Assembly (NCBI GenBank): GCA_963697895.1
Contig: OY969100.1
Location: forward strand, 480,001 to 544,000
Origin: an uncultured Methanomicrobiales archaeon
Lineage (GTDB): Archaea > Halobacteriota > Methanomicrobia > Methanomicrobiales > Methanospirillaceae
Reading direction: 5' to 3'
DNA: 64,000 bases
Shown here piece by piece: positions 53,111 through 63,461 of the stretch. Position 1 is the stretch's first letter; each line of letters begins with the position of its first letter. The notes below the pieces were generated by a model. That model worked only from the letters and a program-made list of their open reading frames with translations. It was not told where the DNA came from and did not search any database. Both the position numbers and the translations under genes were made by a program.

Positions 53111-56100
53111 TCAGTGGGGGCAAATTCCTCCAATATAGTGGCTAATCGGTTCTGTGGTGATCTTCTCCCTTTTGATTGCATCGATCGCTTGTGCAGCAGC
53201 GCGTGCCGCCTGAACAGTCGTGATATAGGGGATGCTATAGTCAACCGCAGCGCGCATAATCTGATAATGGTCCTGCCGGGACTGTTTATCGGTTGGGGTG
53301 TTGATGATCAGCCGGATCTCTCCCTGGCGCATCAGGTCGATCACATTCGGTGATCCTTCCTGCAGTTTCCGTATCAGATGGGCATTTACACCTGCCTCAG
53401 TGAGATATTCGACTGTCCCGGATGTGCCATAGAGGGTAAGCCCAAGCGTCTGCAATTTCCGGGCTATGGGAATCACCTCGTCCTTCTGTTCATTGTTGAC
53501 GGATATGAAGATATTTCCACGAACCGGCAATTCATTGTCCGCCGAGATCGAGGCTTTATAGTAGGCGCGACCAAAATCATAATCGATTCCCATCACTTCA
53601 CCGGTGCTCTTCATCTCAGGTCCAAGGACCGTATCCACACCCGGGAGCTTATTGAATGGCAAGAGCACCTCCTTAACCGCTACATGACAGATCGGTCGCT
53701 CCTCGTAGCCAAGTTCTTTCAGTTTCCTGCCCACCATCACCCGGGCCGCGATCTTGGCAAGCGGGAGGCCGACCGCCTTGCTCACAAAAGGGACCGTCCT
53801 GCTTGCACGGGGATTGGCCTCGAGCACGTACACAATATCGTCCTTTACTGCGAGTTGAATGTTCACGAGTCCGACCACACCCAGGCCAAGGGCGATTCGA
53901 CGGGTATGATCCCGGACACGGTCGAGAACCGACGGAGAAAGGGATTGTGTCGGGATAACGCAGGCTGAGTCTCCGCTATGGACACCGGCTTCTTCGATAT
54001 GCTCCATGATTCCCCCGATGAGGACTTCTTCCCCGTCACATACTGCATCGACGTCCAGTTCGATCGCATTCTGCAGAAAAGAGTCGATCAACACCGGATG
54101 TTTCCTGCTTACCCGTACCGCCTCTTTCATGTATCCCTCGAGTTCGATATCGTCGTGCACAATCTCCATCGCTCTGCCTCCCAGAACGTATGAAGGGCGT
54201 ACGAGAACAGGATATCCAATCTTCCGGGCCTTTTCCCGCGCCTCCTCCAGGGAATATGCCGAACTGTTTGGCGGGCTGGGGATATCCAGTTCATCCAGAA
54301 GAACGCTGAAACGGTCTCGGTCCTCCGCTATATCCATTGCATCGGGACTTGTTCCGAGGATCCGTGTGGTGAGGCCGAGCCGCTTTAACTCTTCATCGAT
54401 CGGTACCGCCAGATTGACGGCATTCTGCCCCCCGAACTGAACCATAACACCGAAGTATGTGTCTTTTTTCAGGATATTGACAATGTCCTCAAGTTGCATC
54501 GGTTCAAAGAAGAGCCGATCCGAGGTATCGAAATCAGTCGATACCGTCTCCGGATTGTTATTCACGATATGGACCTGAATGCCTTCCTCGCGAAGGGCCT
54601 TCACGGCATGCACCGTGCAATAGTCAAATTCGATCCCCTGCCCGATTCGAATCGGGCCGGAACCGAGAATCAGGACCTTCTGGCGATCATCCCGCGTGAT
54701 CTCGTCCGTATCATCCCAGGTAGAATAGAAATACGGTGTAACCGCGGGGAACTCAGCCGCACAGGTATCCACCATCTTGTAGCTGGGAGCTCCCACGATT
54801 CTCTCGATCTCCTCCCAGCTCCTCCCGGTATATTTTTGGAGTTCGGAATTGGAAAATCCGAACCTTTTCGCCATACTGAGATCTTCGACAGAGGGGGCAT
54901 CCCTAAGCCGTTTTTCCATGTCCACAATGTTCTTCATCTTCTCCAGGAAGAACGAACTGATCCTGGTCAGTTCAGCCACTTCTCCAGGGGAAAAGCCATT
55001 TCGGAGGGCATCGAAAAGGCACCCGAACCGTTCATCGGTTGGCCGGGTGAGGATCATCCGGATCTCATTCGGGTTTGTATGATGTTGTATATCTGTATCG
55101 AGTGACCTGAGCGCTTTTTTGAAGGCCTCTTCCAGGCACCGGCCGATGGCCATCACCTCTCCCGTGCTCTTCATCGCGGTGGTCAGTGTCCGGTCCGCCC
55201 CCTTGAATTTGTCGAAAGGCCACCGCGGCACCTTCACGACCACATAATCGATCGCTGGCTCAAATGACGCCGGGGTACATCCGGTTACGCTGTTTGTGAT
55301 CTCATCCAGCCGTAACCCGATAGCAATCTTTGCGGCGACCCGGGCAATCGGATACCCGGTTGCCTTGGATGCGAGTGCTGAAGATCGGGATACCCGCGGA
55401 TTGACTTCGATCACCCGGTACTCACCATCCTTATAGGCAAACTGAATGTTACAGCCACCCTGAACGTCCAGTGCACGGATAATCTTTATTGCCGCACTCC
55501 GGAGAAGCTGAAATTCATCGTCGCGGAGTGTCAGGATGGGAGCAACGACCACGCTTTCTCCGGTATGGATTCCCATCGGGTCGACGTTCTCCATCCCGCA
55601 GACCGTAATGCAGGTGTCATCGGCATCCCGCATCACCTCGAACTCGATCTCCTTCCAGCCGACAACACTCTCCTCAATCAGTACCTGGTGGATACGAGAG
55701 CGGTTAAGGCCGATTTCGACTATTCTGACCATCTCATCCCGGGTGTGAGCAATCCCTCCCCCAGCGCCCCCGAGTGTATATGCGGGACGGATGATTGCGG
55801 GAAGCCCGACCTCCGCAATCGCCCGGTCGATATCCTCCATACGGTTCAAGATCATGCTGGTCGGGACCGGCTCCTCTATCCGTTTCATCAGGTCGCGGAA
55901 CTTCTCGCGGTCCTCGCCCTGATAGATCGCCTCGAGAGGCGTGCCAAGTATCTCGACACCCTGGAGTGCTCCCTTTTCGGCAAGTTCCGCAGTAAGATTC
56001 AGGCCGGTCTGGCCCCCCATCCCGGAGAGAATTCCATCGGGCTTCTCCTTCTCGATGATGCGGGCAATCGTCTCTGCCCGCAGGGGCTCGATATAGATCT

Positions 56101-56287
56101 CGTCGGCCATCTCGGGATCTGTCTGGATGGTTGCGGGATTGGAGTTCACCAGGACGACCCTCACCCCTTCTTCCCGGAGAGCACGGCATGCCTGAGAGCC
56201 GGAGAAATCGAACTCTGCGGCTTGTCCAATCTGGATCGGTCCTGATCCGATCAAAAGGACGGTTTTGATGTGCGGTTTCTTGGGCAT
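53111..56287 (-). CDS. carB: Carbamoyl-phosphate synthase large subunit
   Basis: GSGPIQIGQAAEFDFSG; duplicated ATP-grasp domains; MKSTGEVM twice; MGS domain. Confidence 0.97.
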   Translation of the reverse strand: MPKKPHIKTVLLIGSGPIQIGQAAEFDFSGSQACRALREEGVRVVLVNSNPATIQTDPEMADEIYIEPLRAETIARIIEKEKPDGILSGMGGQTGLNLTAELAEKGALQGVEILGTPLEAIYQGEDREKFRDLMKRIEEPVPTSMILNRMEDIDRAIAEVGLPAIIRPAYTLGGAGGGIAHTRDEMVRIVEIGLNRSRIHQVLIEESVVGWKEIEFEVMRDADDTCITVCGMENVDPMGIHTGESVVVAPILTLRDDEFQLLRSAAIKIIRALDVQGGCNIQFAYKDGEYRVIEVNPRVSRSSALASKATGYPIARVAAKIAIGLRLDEITNSVTGCTPASFEPAIDYVVVKVPRWPFDKFKGADRTLTTAMKSTGEVMAIGRCLEEAFKKALRSLDTDIQHHTNPNEIRMILTRPTDERFGCLFDALRNGFSPGEVAELTRISSFFLEKMKNIVDMEKRLRDAPSVEDLSMAKRFGFSNSELQKYTGRSWEEIERIVGAPSYKMVDTCAAEFPAVTPYFYSTWDDTDEITRDDRQKVLILGSGPIRIGQGIEFDYCTVHAVKALREEGIQVHIVNNNPETVSTDFDTSDRLFFEPMQLEDIVNILKKDTYFGVMVQFGGQNAVNLAVPIDEELKRLGLTTRILGTSPDAMDIAEDRDRFSVLLDELDIPSPPNSSAYSLEEAREKARKIGYPVLVRPSYVLGGRAMEIVHDDIELEGYMKEAVRVSRKHPVLIDSFLQNAIELDVDAVCDGEEVLIGGIMEHIEEAGVHSGDSACVIPTQSLSPSVLDRVRDHTRRIALGLGVVGLVNIQLAVKDDIVYVLEANPRASRTVPFVSKAVGLPLAKIAARVMVGRKLKELGYEERPICHVAVKEVLLPFNKLPGVDTVLGPEMKSTGEVMGIDYDFGRAYYKASISADNELPVRGNIFISVNNEQKDEVIPIARKLQTLGLTLYGTSGTVEYLTEAGVNAHLIRKLQEGSPNVIDLMRQGEIRLIINTPTDKQSRQDHYQIMRAAVDYSIPYITTVQAARAAAQAIDAIKREKITTEPISHYIGGICPH

Positions 56288-57342
56288 CAGCCTATCCTCC
56301 GGAACATGGCATCGAAGAAGTGGCTTTCTGTATCGCGTGGGCCTCCGTGCGCTTCCGGGTGGAACTGCACGCAGGTCACATTGAGATACGGATCCACGAA
56401 ACCTTCGAGGGTACCATCATTTACATTTGCATGGGAGATCCTGCACCCTTCCGGTAACGTATCCGCGGCAACCGCGAACCCGTGATTCTGCGTGGTGATG
56501 TAAATGCTGCCGTCTGTGAAACGGACCGGCTGGTTCGTTCCCCTATGACCAAATTTCATCTTATAGGTCTCTCCTCCGAGTGCGAGACCGCATACCTGAA
56601 TGCCCATGCAGATTCCAAAGATCGGGAGTGTTCCCACCATATTCCGAACACACTTCACCGCATGGGTTGCGTGAACAGGGTCACCAGGTCCGTTGCTGAT
56701 AAAAAGGGCATCGGGCTGGCAGGCTTCAACGTCGCCCACGGAGGCGTTATAGGGGAATACATACACGTCAGCATCCCGTTTCCTGAGACTTACAACCATA
56801 TTCTTCTTTATTCCCAGATCGAGGATCGCAATCCGCTTTCCCCGGCCGGCGACGTGATACGGGGCACTACAGGATACGGCAGGAATCAGGTCTTCTTCTG
56901 AGATCGGGGGTACTTTTGTTGCCTGTTCAACTGCATATGTACCATCATCGCTCCCAACGACCAGTGCTGCGCGGAGCGTCCCCTGCACTCTTGTTTTGAT
57001 CGTGAGCATCCGGGTATCCACCCTCTGGATCCCGAGGAGTCCCTGTTCTTCAAAAAATGAGGAAAGAGATGGTTGATGCTCGGGATTCCGGCAAATTTCA
57101 CGTGCAACGCATCCCAGGGACCAGACGCGGGGATGTTGAAAATTGTTGCTGTCTACCCCGTAATTGCCGATCATCGGGTAGGTAAACATCAGGATCTGGC
57201 CATGGTAACTGGGATCGGTCATCGCTTCCATGTACCCTGTCATCTGGGTAGAAAAGACCAGTTCACCTGAACATTCTCCTTCCCCGCCAAACCCTTCCCC
57301 GAACACATAGGTCCCGTCCTCAAGACCCAGAACCGCCCTCAT
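56287..57342 (-). CDS. carA: Carbamoyl-phosphate synthase small subunit
   Basis: TDPSYHGQ, SNGPGDP, GICMG, QNHGF and QFHPE motifs. Confidence 0.96.
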   Translation of the reverse strand: MRAVLGLEDGTYVFGEGFGGEGECSGELVFSTQMTGYMEAMTDPSYHGQILMFTYPMIGNYGVDSNNFQHPRVWSLGCVAREICRNPEHQPSLSSFFEEQGLLGIQRVDTRMLTIKTRVQGTLRAALVVGSDDGTYAVEQATKVPPISEEDLIPAVSCSAPYHVAGRGKRIAILDLGIKKNMVVSLRKRDADVYVFPYNASVGDVEACQPDALFISNGPGDPVHATHAVKCVRNMVGTLPIFGICMGIQVCGLALGGETYKMKFGHRGTNQPVRFTDGSIYITTQNHGFAVAADTLPEGCRISHANVNDGTLEGFVDPYLNVTCVQFHPEAHGGPRDTESHFFDAMFRRIG

Positions 57343-57659
57343 AATTTCCATATTTATTTTGTTTAACAACTATAATAATGCGAGGATTAGGAAAAAATAA
57401 ACAAAATGCTGTCGAATAGAATCCAGTACGAAATGCCGGATGGGATCATCGGGACATTCAATGAATAGCACTGTTATTCGCACATACTTCGGAATAAAGG
57501 TTGTATGTTCAGTAATAGGGCATGAATCTGTCATCGAACCGATCCGGCCGTACGATGCATCTTTGAAAGCCCATCGCACTCGATCTCCGGGAAAAGGCCA
57601 TTTTCCCCGATTATCGGGAAAAGTAAAGATTAAAGATAAAAAAATGTTAATAAACACGC

Positions 57660-58205
57660 ATGGCTGTTCCAACAAAGTGTTTCTTCACAAAGGGGGTGGG
57701 AGTTCACAAAGATCGTCTGGCTTCATTCGAGCTGGCATTGAGACGGGCAGGGATCGAGCGGTATAATCTGGTGTATGTCTCGAGTATATTTCCCCCGAAT
57801 TGCAGGATCATTGCGATGGAGGAGGGAATGGAACTCCTTGAGCCGGGAGAGATCACATTTGTTGTAATGGCGAAGAATGACACAAATGAACCTAATCGAC
57901 TCATATCAGCAGCAATAGGTCTTGCACTCCCAAAGGATACCCATGAGTATGGATATCTCTCAGAACACCACGCATACGGCGAAACGGCAGAAATAACTGG
58001 GGAATATGCCGAGGATCTTGCCGCAACCATGCTTGCGTCCACGTTTGGTATAGAATTCGATATCAACCAGGCCTGGCAGGAACGGGAACAGATCTATAAA
58101 GCAAGCGGGAAGATAATTCGCACGACTCATTCCTGTCAGTCAGCAACCGGTGATGAAACGGGGAGATGGACGACGGTGATCTCCGCGGCGGTGTTTGTCG
58201 ATTAA
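57660..58205 (+). CDS. pdaD: Pyruvoyl-dependent arginine decarboxylase
   Basis: [22 protein letters not shown] (Ser-Ser self-cleavage site), YGYLSEHH and AEDLAATML. Confidence 0.92.
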   Translation: MAVPTKCFFTKGVGVHKDRLASFELALRRAGIERYNLVYVSSIFPPNCRIIAMEEGMELLEPGEITFVVMAKNDTNEPNRLISAAIGLALPKDTHEYGYLSEHHAYGETAEITGEYAEDLAATMLASTFGIEFDINQAWQEREQIYKASGKIIRTTHSCQSATGDETGRWTTVISAAVFVD

Positions 58206-58330
58206 ACAGGTAAATCCCGCCCTTTCGGCCACTATTTCTGATCCTGATCTTCCCGACCTGCAATGTCCGATTTCTATATGTATATAAAAACCACACACCT
58301 TAAATCCCAATATCTGGAAGGAGCATGCAA

Positions 58331-58522
58331 ATGAGCAGTGATCGCTGTGTATTGCGATATAAATGCCTGGAATGTGCGTATATCTATGATCCTGCCAAGG
58401 GAGATCCCCGGCACGGAATTCCCCCTGGCACACCATTTGAAGAGCTTCCAGCGAAATGGAAATGTCCGGAATGCTGTATTAGTATCCAAAAAAAAGGAGT
58501 CTTCAAGAAGATGGACGAATAA
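58331..58522 (+). CDS. Rubredoxin
   Basis: [14 protein letters not shown]...GIPPGT.FEELP..WKCPEC. Confidence 0.9.
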   Translation: MSSDRCVLRYKCLECAYIYDPAKGDPRHGIPPGTPFEELPAKWKCPECCISIQKKGVFKKMDE

Positions 58523-58682
58523 TCTTTCAGATCCAGAAAGATATTTATACCCCTGACTTGCAGCTAAAAACAGGAGGATATCCCCTTCACCATGGGAGAT
58601 TCGTATAACACCGTGTTGATCACTCGGGATTTCTCACTTGCCGATCGGGCAGGAGACCGGAGTTCTGCCCTTCTGATATATA

Positions 58683-59279
58683 TCACCGGTCTTCCCTTCC
58701 ATTCATCTGCTTCAGATCGGCCAGCCTGTTAATGTTGGTAAAGGTCTCAAGAGTTGGGTCAAGATCGCGAATCTCCCGGACATCGATATACCGGGCATGG
58801 AGGCCTTTTACCAGAGACCGGAGGGAGAGACCTTCGTGGTAGTCGAGATATGCCAGAAGCGGCGCACGCCTATACACCGCGTGGAGAGGTTCGAGCATCT
58901 CCTCGTTCCAAGAGGGAATAACGGCATCATATCCGTCAATCATACGAAAGAGCAATTCGATAACCTCCCCGTTGATGCAGGGCATATCACAGGCGGATAC
59001 GAAAAGAAGATCTCCCTTCGCCGCAAGCGCACCCGCCTGGAGACCCCCGACCGGACCGATACCCCGGCGGATATCGGTTACACACCTGATGCCGGGGATA
59101 TCCCGGAATCGCTCGCACTGTTCAGGATCCTTTGCCACTAGGATGATCTCCTCAACAACCCCGGAGAGCGTTCTGATCATCCGATCAATAAACCGTTCAC
59201 CGCGGTAGCGGAAGAAGTATTTCTCCTTCCCTTCCGCACGACGGGCCTCACCCCCCACCAGTACGATCCCGGATCTCAC
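58683..59279 (-). CDS. mobA: Molybdenum cofactor guanylyltransferase
   Basis: IVLVGGEARR, GPVGG, ACDMP, EPLHAVY and FTNIN motifs. Confidence 0.9.
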   Translation of the reverse strand: MRSGIVLVGGEARRAEGKEKYFFRYRGERFIDRMIRTLSGVVEEIILVAKDPEQCERFRDIPGIRCVTDIRRGIGPVGGLQAGALAAKGDLLFVSACDMPCINGEVIELLFRMIDGYDAVIPSWNEEMLEPLHAVYRRAPLLAYLDYHEGLSLRSLVKGLHARYIDVREIRDLDPTLETFTNINRLADLKQMNGREDR

Positions 59280-59480
59280 TTATTCACCCCTTAAATTCAG
59301 ATTTAGCCAAGAGAACACCAAAAATCACATTCATATAAATCCTCTTCATGGCAATCCGGTAGCAATTTCCTGATGTCTTCCCGACCCTGCTCGAGTTGGT
59401 GATATCAGGTATCGGGCCTGAAACCTTGATCGGAAGGATTCGCATCCTCCGGCGTATACGTAAGATACTGGAAAAGGCGT

Positions 59481-59918
59481 TCATGGGGTCCCTTTTCTTT
59501 CGAGGGCCTTGAGGGCAATTTTTATCTCGATCGCGGGAGTAAAACCCCCCGGGCCGGATTTCGCAACCACCCGGTGACAGGGGATGAGGAGCGGGGTGGG
59601 ATTGCGTTTCATTGCCTGCCCTACCGCCCGGGGTGTGCTACCGCACTCCCGGGCGATTTCTCCATACGTGACCGAAGCCCCGTAGGGAATTCCCTGTACA
59701 ATACGATAGATGAGTGCATACGGGGAACCATCCATAATTGCAATGCTGACCAGCGGATTGAGGTCTCTTGCCCTGCCGGAAAGGAACTTCCGGAGGGGAA
59801 CCGGTACGGGACCGGGAAGTGGTACCTGGGAAAAACGCACCTGATACACCAGATTGCCGGACCATCGGATATGGACAAACCAGAGGCCGAACCGGCACGA
59901 CCCCTCCATTACCTCCAT
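59481..59918 (-). CDS. ogt: Methylated-DNA-protein-cysteine methyltransferase
   Basis: IPYG...TYGEIA, RAVGQA..RNP and PCHRV active site. Confidence 0.9.
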   Translation of the reverse strand: MEVMEGSCRFGLWFVHIRWSGNLVYQVRFSQVPLPGPVPVPLRKFLSGRARDLNPLVSIAIMDGSPYALIYRIVQGIPYGASVTYGEIARECGSTPRAVGQAMKRNPTPLLIPCHRVVAKSGPGGFTPAIEIKIALKALERKGTP

Positions 59919-61921
59919 GATGCAAGCACCCTGCCGAATGTATCAACCTGTACATCGACCAATTCAGAACGTATCCATTCCGGCAAAGCAGCCCTGATCC
60001 GCGGCTCAAGGAACCGGCGGTCGCCGAAGACAAGAACACCCCGATCCTCCGGAGTGCGTAATACCCGTCCGAGCGCCTGGAGTGCGCGATTCAGTGCAGG
60101 AAGGGTATAACTGATGAATTCTCCTTCGTCGCCGAACTTATGCCGGAAGTATTCGATGATCATCTGTCTTACCCGGTTGAATGGTGCGAGAGGGAGACCA
60201 ATCACCATCGCACCGGAGAGCATCTCTCCCCGATAATCCAGCCCCTCGCTCCACTTGCCCCCGCAGACAGCAAGTAGAATCCCGGAATCACCCCGGGAAG
60301 GAAGGGAGAGGAATGTCTTGAGCGCGATATCCGCTTCGCGGGCATCTTTCGATTCAATAAAGAACTGTTTTTTCCGTATCATCGGGGCCACCTTCGTGGC
60401 AAATGCATCCAGGATCTGGTATGAAGGAAAATAGATCGCGAGATTGCCGGGAAGTGTAGAGAACGCGACGATGGATGAGATAATTCGTGCATTATTTTCT
60501 TTGTCCTGGCGGAGAGAATATGCAGTTGTAATATCGGTCATGCAGACGATCAGCCTCCGTTCGCGGGGAAACGCATTTGGGAGCGAACAGCAGGTGACCG
60601 GGAGATCATCAAAATAATACCGTTTGTAACTCGCAACGGGAGAAAGTGTCCCGGAGATAAGGATACTGCAATGGTGTGCACCGGTTAGTTCTCGGAGCCG
60701 GGTCCCGGGATCGATATTCCGGACCTCCAGCCTGATCTCCCCCTCTTCTTTCCTATAGAGGGTGAGGTATGCAGGATCGGCGGCTGACTGGGAGAGACGG
60801 AAGAAAAACTCAGTCAGGAGTTCGATCGCGGTCTCCCGGTACTCTCCTGCCCTTATGGCATTCTCCCGTACCTTCTCACTCATTCGCATCAGATCCTCGA
60901 CAATTGCCTCCATTGAAGGGTATAATGATCCCCTGACGACCATACGATCGAAGATGGCGGCATCGAACCAGTCTTCCTGTTCATCCGAATTCTTCAATCC
61001 GTCCATAAATCGTGAAATTCCCGGGAGGAGGTGGAGAACAGCATCTACCCCCTTGAAGCTCTTTTTGAGCTGTGAAAGGTCACGAGTTACCTGTTGGAGC
61101 ATGGATTCGGAAAGAGTCACACTCTGTATGCTTTGCATAACCTCCCCACAGTTATGTGCCTCATCGAGAAGGAGGAGAACATCCTGGGGTTCGATCATGA
61201 GGGAGGTATAGAGTTGACCGCGAATATCATCGGCAAAGAGGTGATGATAATTGACCACGACCACGTCGGCCCGCTGGGCGGCATACACCATCATCTCATA
61301 CGGGCATATGCCGGACGAGAGATCGTTCAACTGATGCGGGAGGATCTGTTCCGAATTCACCCGTTCCGCCCGGGTCCTAACCGCGGCCGAGGGAACCAGT
61401 TTCAACCCCGCACCATCGGCCTGGATAAATACCCTGCTCTGGATGAAATAAGGGCATAGCAAGGGATGTGAACGGTCCATCCTTCGGATCTGTTGTTGCA
61501 CGACCGGATCCTTTGCAGGGATCAGGGAGCCTGCTTCAGCCCTTTGCCGGATCAGGTTCATAGTATAGGCTTTTACCCCTTCACAGCGACGGTAGACGTC
61601 GCCCTCTCCACTAAGGGGACACAAATGGGATTTCCCTATCAGATATGCTGATTTAAGGCTTGGCTGTTTCTTCCGGATCATCGCAATTTCGCGGATAAAA
61701 GTATTCAACTGGCTGATGGTGCGCACGGCCACGATCACTTTCTTACCGTTCCGTTCCGAGAGCAACGCAGACAAACTGCTAGATTTTCCGCTCCCGGTCG
61801 GGGCATCGATCATCACAATTCCCCCCTCACGCGCATTTTTTGCCACAACCTCCAGCATCGCTCGCTGATGAGGGCGGTAGTTCGGGTACGGAAACCAGTC
61901 GTCCAGCTTGTCCATCATCAT
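59909..61921 (-). CDS. XPD/Rad3/DinG-family Fe-S DNA helicase
   Basis: R.HQ Q-motif, APTGSGKS, Cys residues incl. CPY, DEAHN, SGTL, SEGLDY and QALGRVLR motifs. Confidence 0.9.
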   Translation of the reverse strand: MMMDKLDDWFPYPNYRPHQRAMLEVVAKNAREGGIVMIDAPTGSGKSSSLSALLSERNGKKVIVAVRTISQLNTFIREIAMIRKKQPSLKSAYLIGKSHLCPLSGEGDVYRRCEGVKAYTMNLIRQRAEAGSLIPAKDPVVQQQIRRMDRSHPLLCPYFIQSRVFIQADGAGLKLVPSAAVRTRAERVNSEQILPHQLNDLSSGICPYEMMVYAAQRADVVVVNYHHLFADDIRGQLYTSLMIEPQDVLLLLDEAHNCGEVMQSIQSVTLSESMLQQVTRDLSQLKKSFKGVDAVLHLLPGISRFMDGLKNSDEQEDWFDAAIFDRMVVRGSLYPSMEAIVEDLMRMSEKVRENAIRAGEYRETAIELLTEFFFRLSQSAADPAYLTLYRKEEGEIRLEVRNIDPGTRLRELTGAHHCSILISGTLSPVASYKRYYFDDLPVTCCSLPNAFPRERRLIVCMTDITTAYSLRQDKENNARIISSIVAFSTLPGNLAIYFPSYQILDAFATKVAPMIRKKQFFIESKDAREADIALKTFLSLPSRGDSGILLAVCGGKWSEGLDYRGEMLSGAMVIGLPLAPFNRVRQMIIEYFRHKFGDEGEFISYTLPALNRALQALGRVLRTPEDRGVLVFGDRRFLEPRIRAALPEWIRSELVDVQVDTFGRVLASWR

Positions 61922-61972
61922 ATGATTCGTGTGTTAACTGATTTTATTATTGGAGAACGCGAAATATGTCTC

Positions 61973-63319
61973 ATGGCCGTCCACCCCATCGAATACCGGT
62001 ATGGGACCCCCGAAATGCGGGAAGTCTGGAGCGAAGAGTACCGTTTTCATCGTATCATAGACGCGGAGGTCGCCCTAGCAGCGGCGCTTGCCGCGCATGG
62101 CATAATACCGGCTGAAGCGGCGGCTGAGATCCGGAATCATGCCCATGCCACACAGATTTCCCGCGCAAAAGAGATTGAAGATGAGATCCATCACGATATG
62201 ATGGCGATCGTGAAGGCAATTGCCGAAGAGTGCGGGGAGGCAGGTCGCTGGGTCCACTTCGGTGCAACCTCCAATGACATCCTCGACACCGCCACCGGGC
62301 TCCAGATCGGGGCATCCCTGGACATCATCGAGGCAAAACTCTGCAGGTTACTTGCCGTGTTGCTCCTGCGGTCTGAGGAGACGAGGACACTCGTCTGTGC
62401 GGCAAGGACACATGGCCAGATCGGCGTTCCAACAACATATGGCCTCCGTTTTGCGATATGGGCAAGCGAGGTCGCCCGCCACATCGATCGCCTCCGGCAG
62501 CTCCGCAGCAGGGTTGTTGTGGGACAGCTGACGGGAGCGGTCGGAACGCAGGCCTCTCTCGGACCGAAGGGGATAGCCATCCAGATCTCCATGATGGAAG
62601 AGCTCGGCCTCGTACCGGTGGACGTATCGAATCAGGTAATATCACGTGACCGGTATGCCGAATATTTCTTCCTGCTTGCCAATTCGGCTACCACCCTCGA
62701 CAAGATCGGGATCGAGCTCCGGACTCTTCAGCGTACGGAGATCGGGGAGGTCGAAGAGGCATTCGGTAACCGCCAGGTCGGGTCGAGCACGATGCCGCAT
62801 AAACGGAATCCCATTCGGAGCGAGCAGGTCTGTGGTCTCGCACGCGTCATCCGTTCGGCCGTGGAGCCCGCCCTCCTGAACAACACTCTCTGGGACGAAC
62901 GCGACCTGACCAACTCCTCGTGCGAACGGGTGATCTTTCCCGAAGCGACCATCCTGGCCGACCATATTATTCTTCTCATGGTGCAGGTCCTCGGTGAGCT
63001 GGAGATTAATGTCCCCAATATCCGGAAAAATCTGGCACATCTCCAGGGTATCAATATGGCGGAATCGGTCATGATCGAACTCACGCGCCGGGGTATGGAT
63101 CGTCAGTCAGCCCATGAGGAGGTCCGAATTGCCAGCATGAGAGCGCTTACCGAAAACCGCCCGCTCGCGTCTGTTTTATCTGAAATGAATGAAAGCAGGT
63201 TATATCTCACACCGCAGGAGATTACGGCATTGCTTGACCCTGATCATTATATCGGCACTGCAGTCGAACAGGTCGACAGGCTCATTGCAAAACTAGAACC
63301 GCTCTGCACAGGTAAATAA
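61973..63319 (+). CDS. purB: Adenylosuccinate lyase
   Basis: HPIEYRY, HDMMA, HFGATSND, RTHGQ and GSSTMPHKRNP motifs. Confidence 0.95.
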   Translation: MAVHPIEYRYGTPEMREVWSEEYRFHRIIDAEVALAAALAAHGIIPAEAAAEIRNHAHATQISRAKEIEDEIHHDMMAIVKAIAEECGEAGRWVHFGATSNDILDTATGLQIGASLDIIEAKLCRLLAVLLLRSEETRTLVCAARTHGQIGVPTTYGLRFAIWASEVARHIDRLRQLRSRVVVGQLTGAVGTQASLGPKGIAIQISMMEELGLVPVDVSNQVISRDRYAEYFFLLANSATTLDKIGIELRTLQRTEIGEVEEAFGNRQVGSSTMPHKRNPIRSEQVCGLARVIRSAVEPALLNNTLWDERDLTNSSCERVIFPEATILADHIILLMVQVLGELEINVPNIRKNLAHLQGINMAESVMIELTRRGMDRQSAHEEVRIASMRALTENRPLASVLSEMNESRLYLTPQEITALLDPDHYIGTAVEQVDRLIAKLEPLCTGK

Positions 63320-63461
63320 ACCGTTTGTGAATGATCAACACTACCCCCGATTGGGGCAATCCGGCATACGCCGCCGTTAATATCCGGGTGTAAAATCCTC
63401 TCAGAGAAATGGTAGGGGGGGTCCCCGCTGAAAGGCAAATCCTGGATCTCCTGAGAACCGG

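Noticed and set aside
59284-59484. 66-aa ORF between ogt and mobA
   Set aside because: No recognisable motif, and it spans a TTTATA box that likely drives mobA
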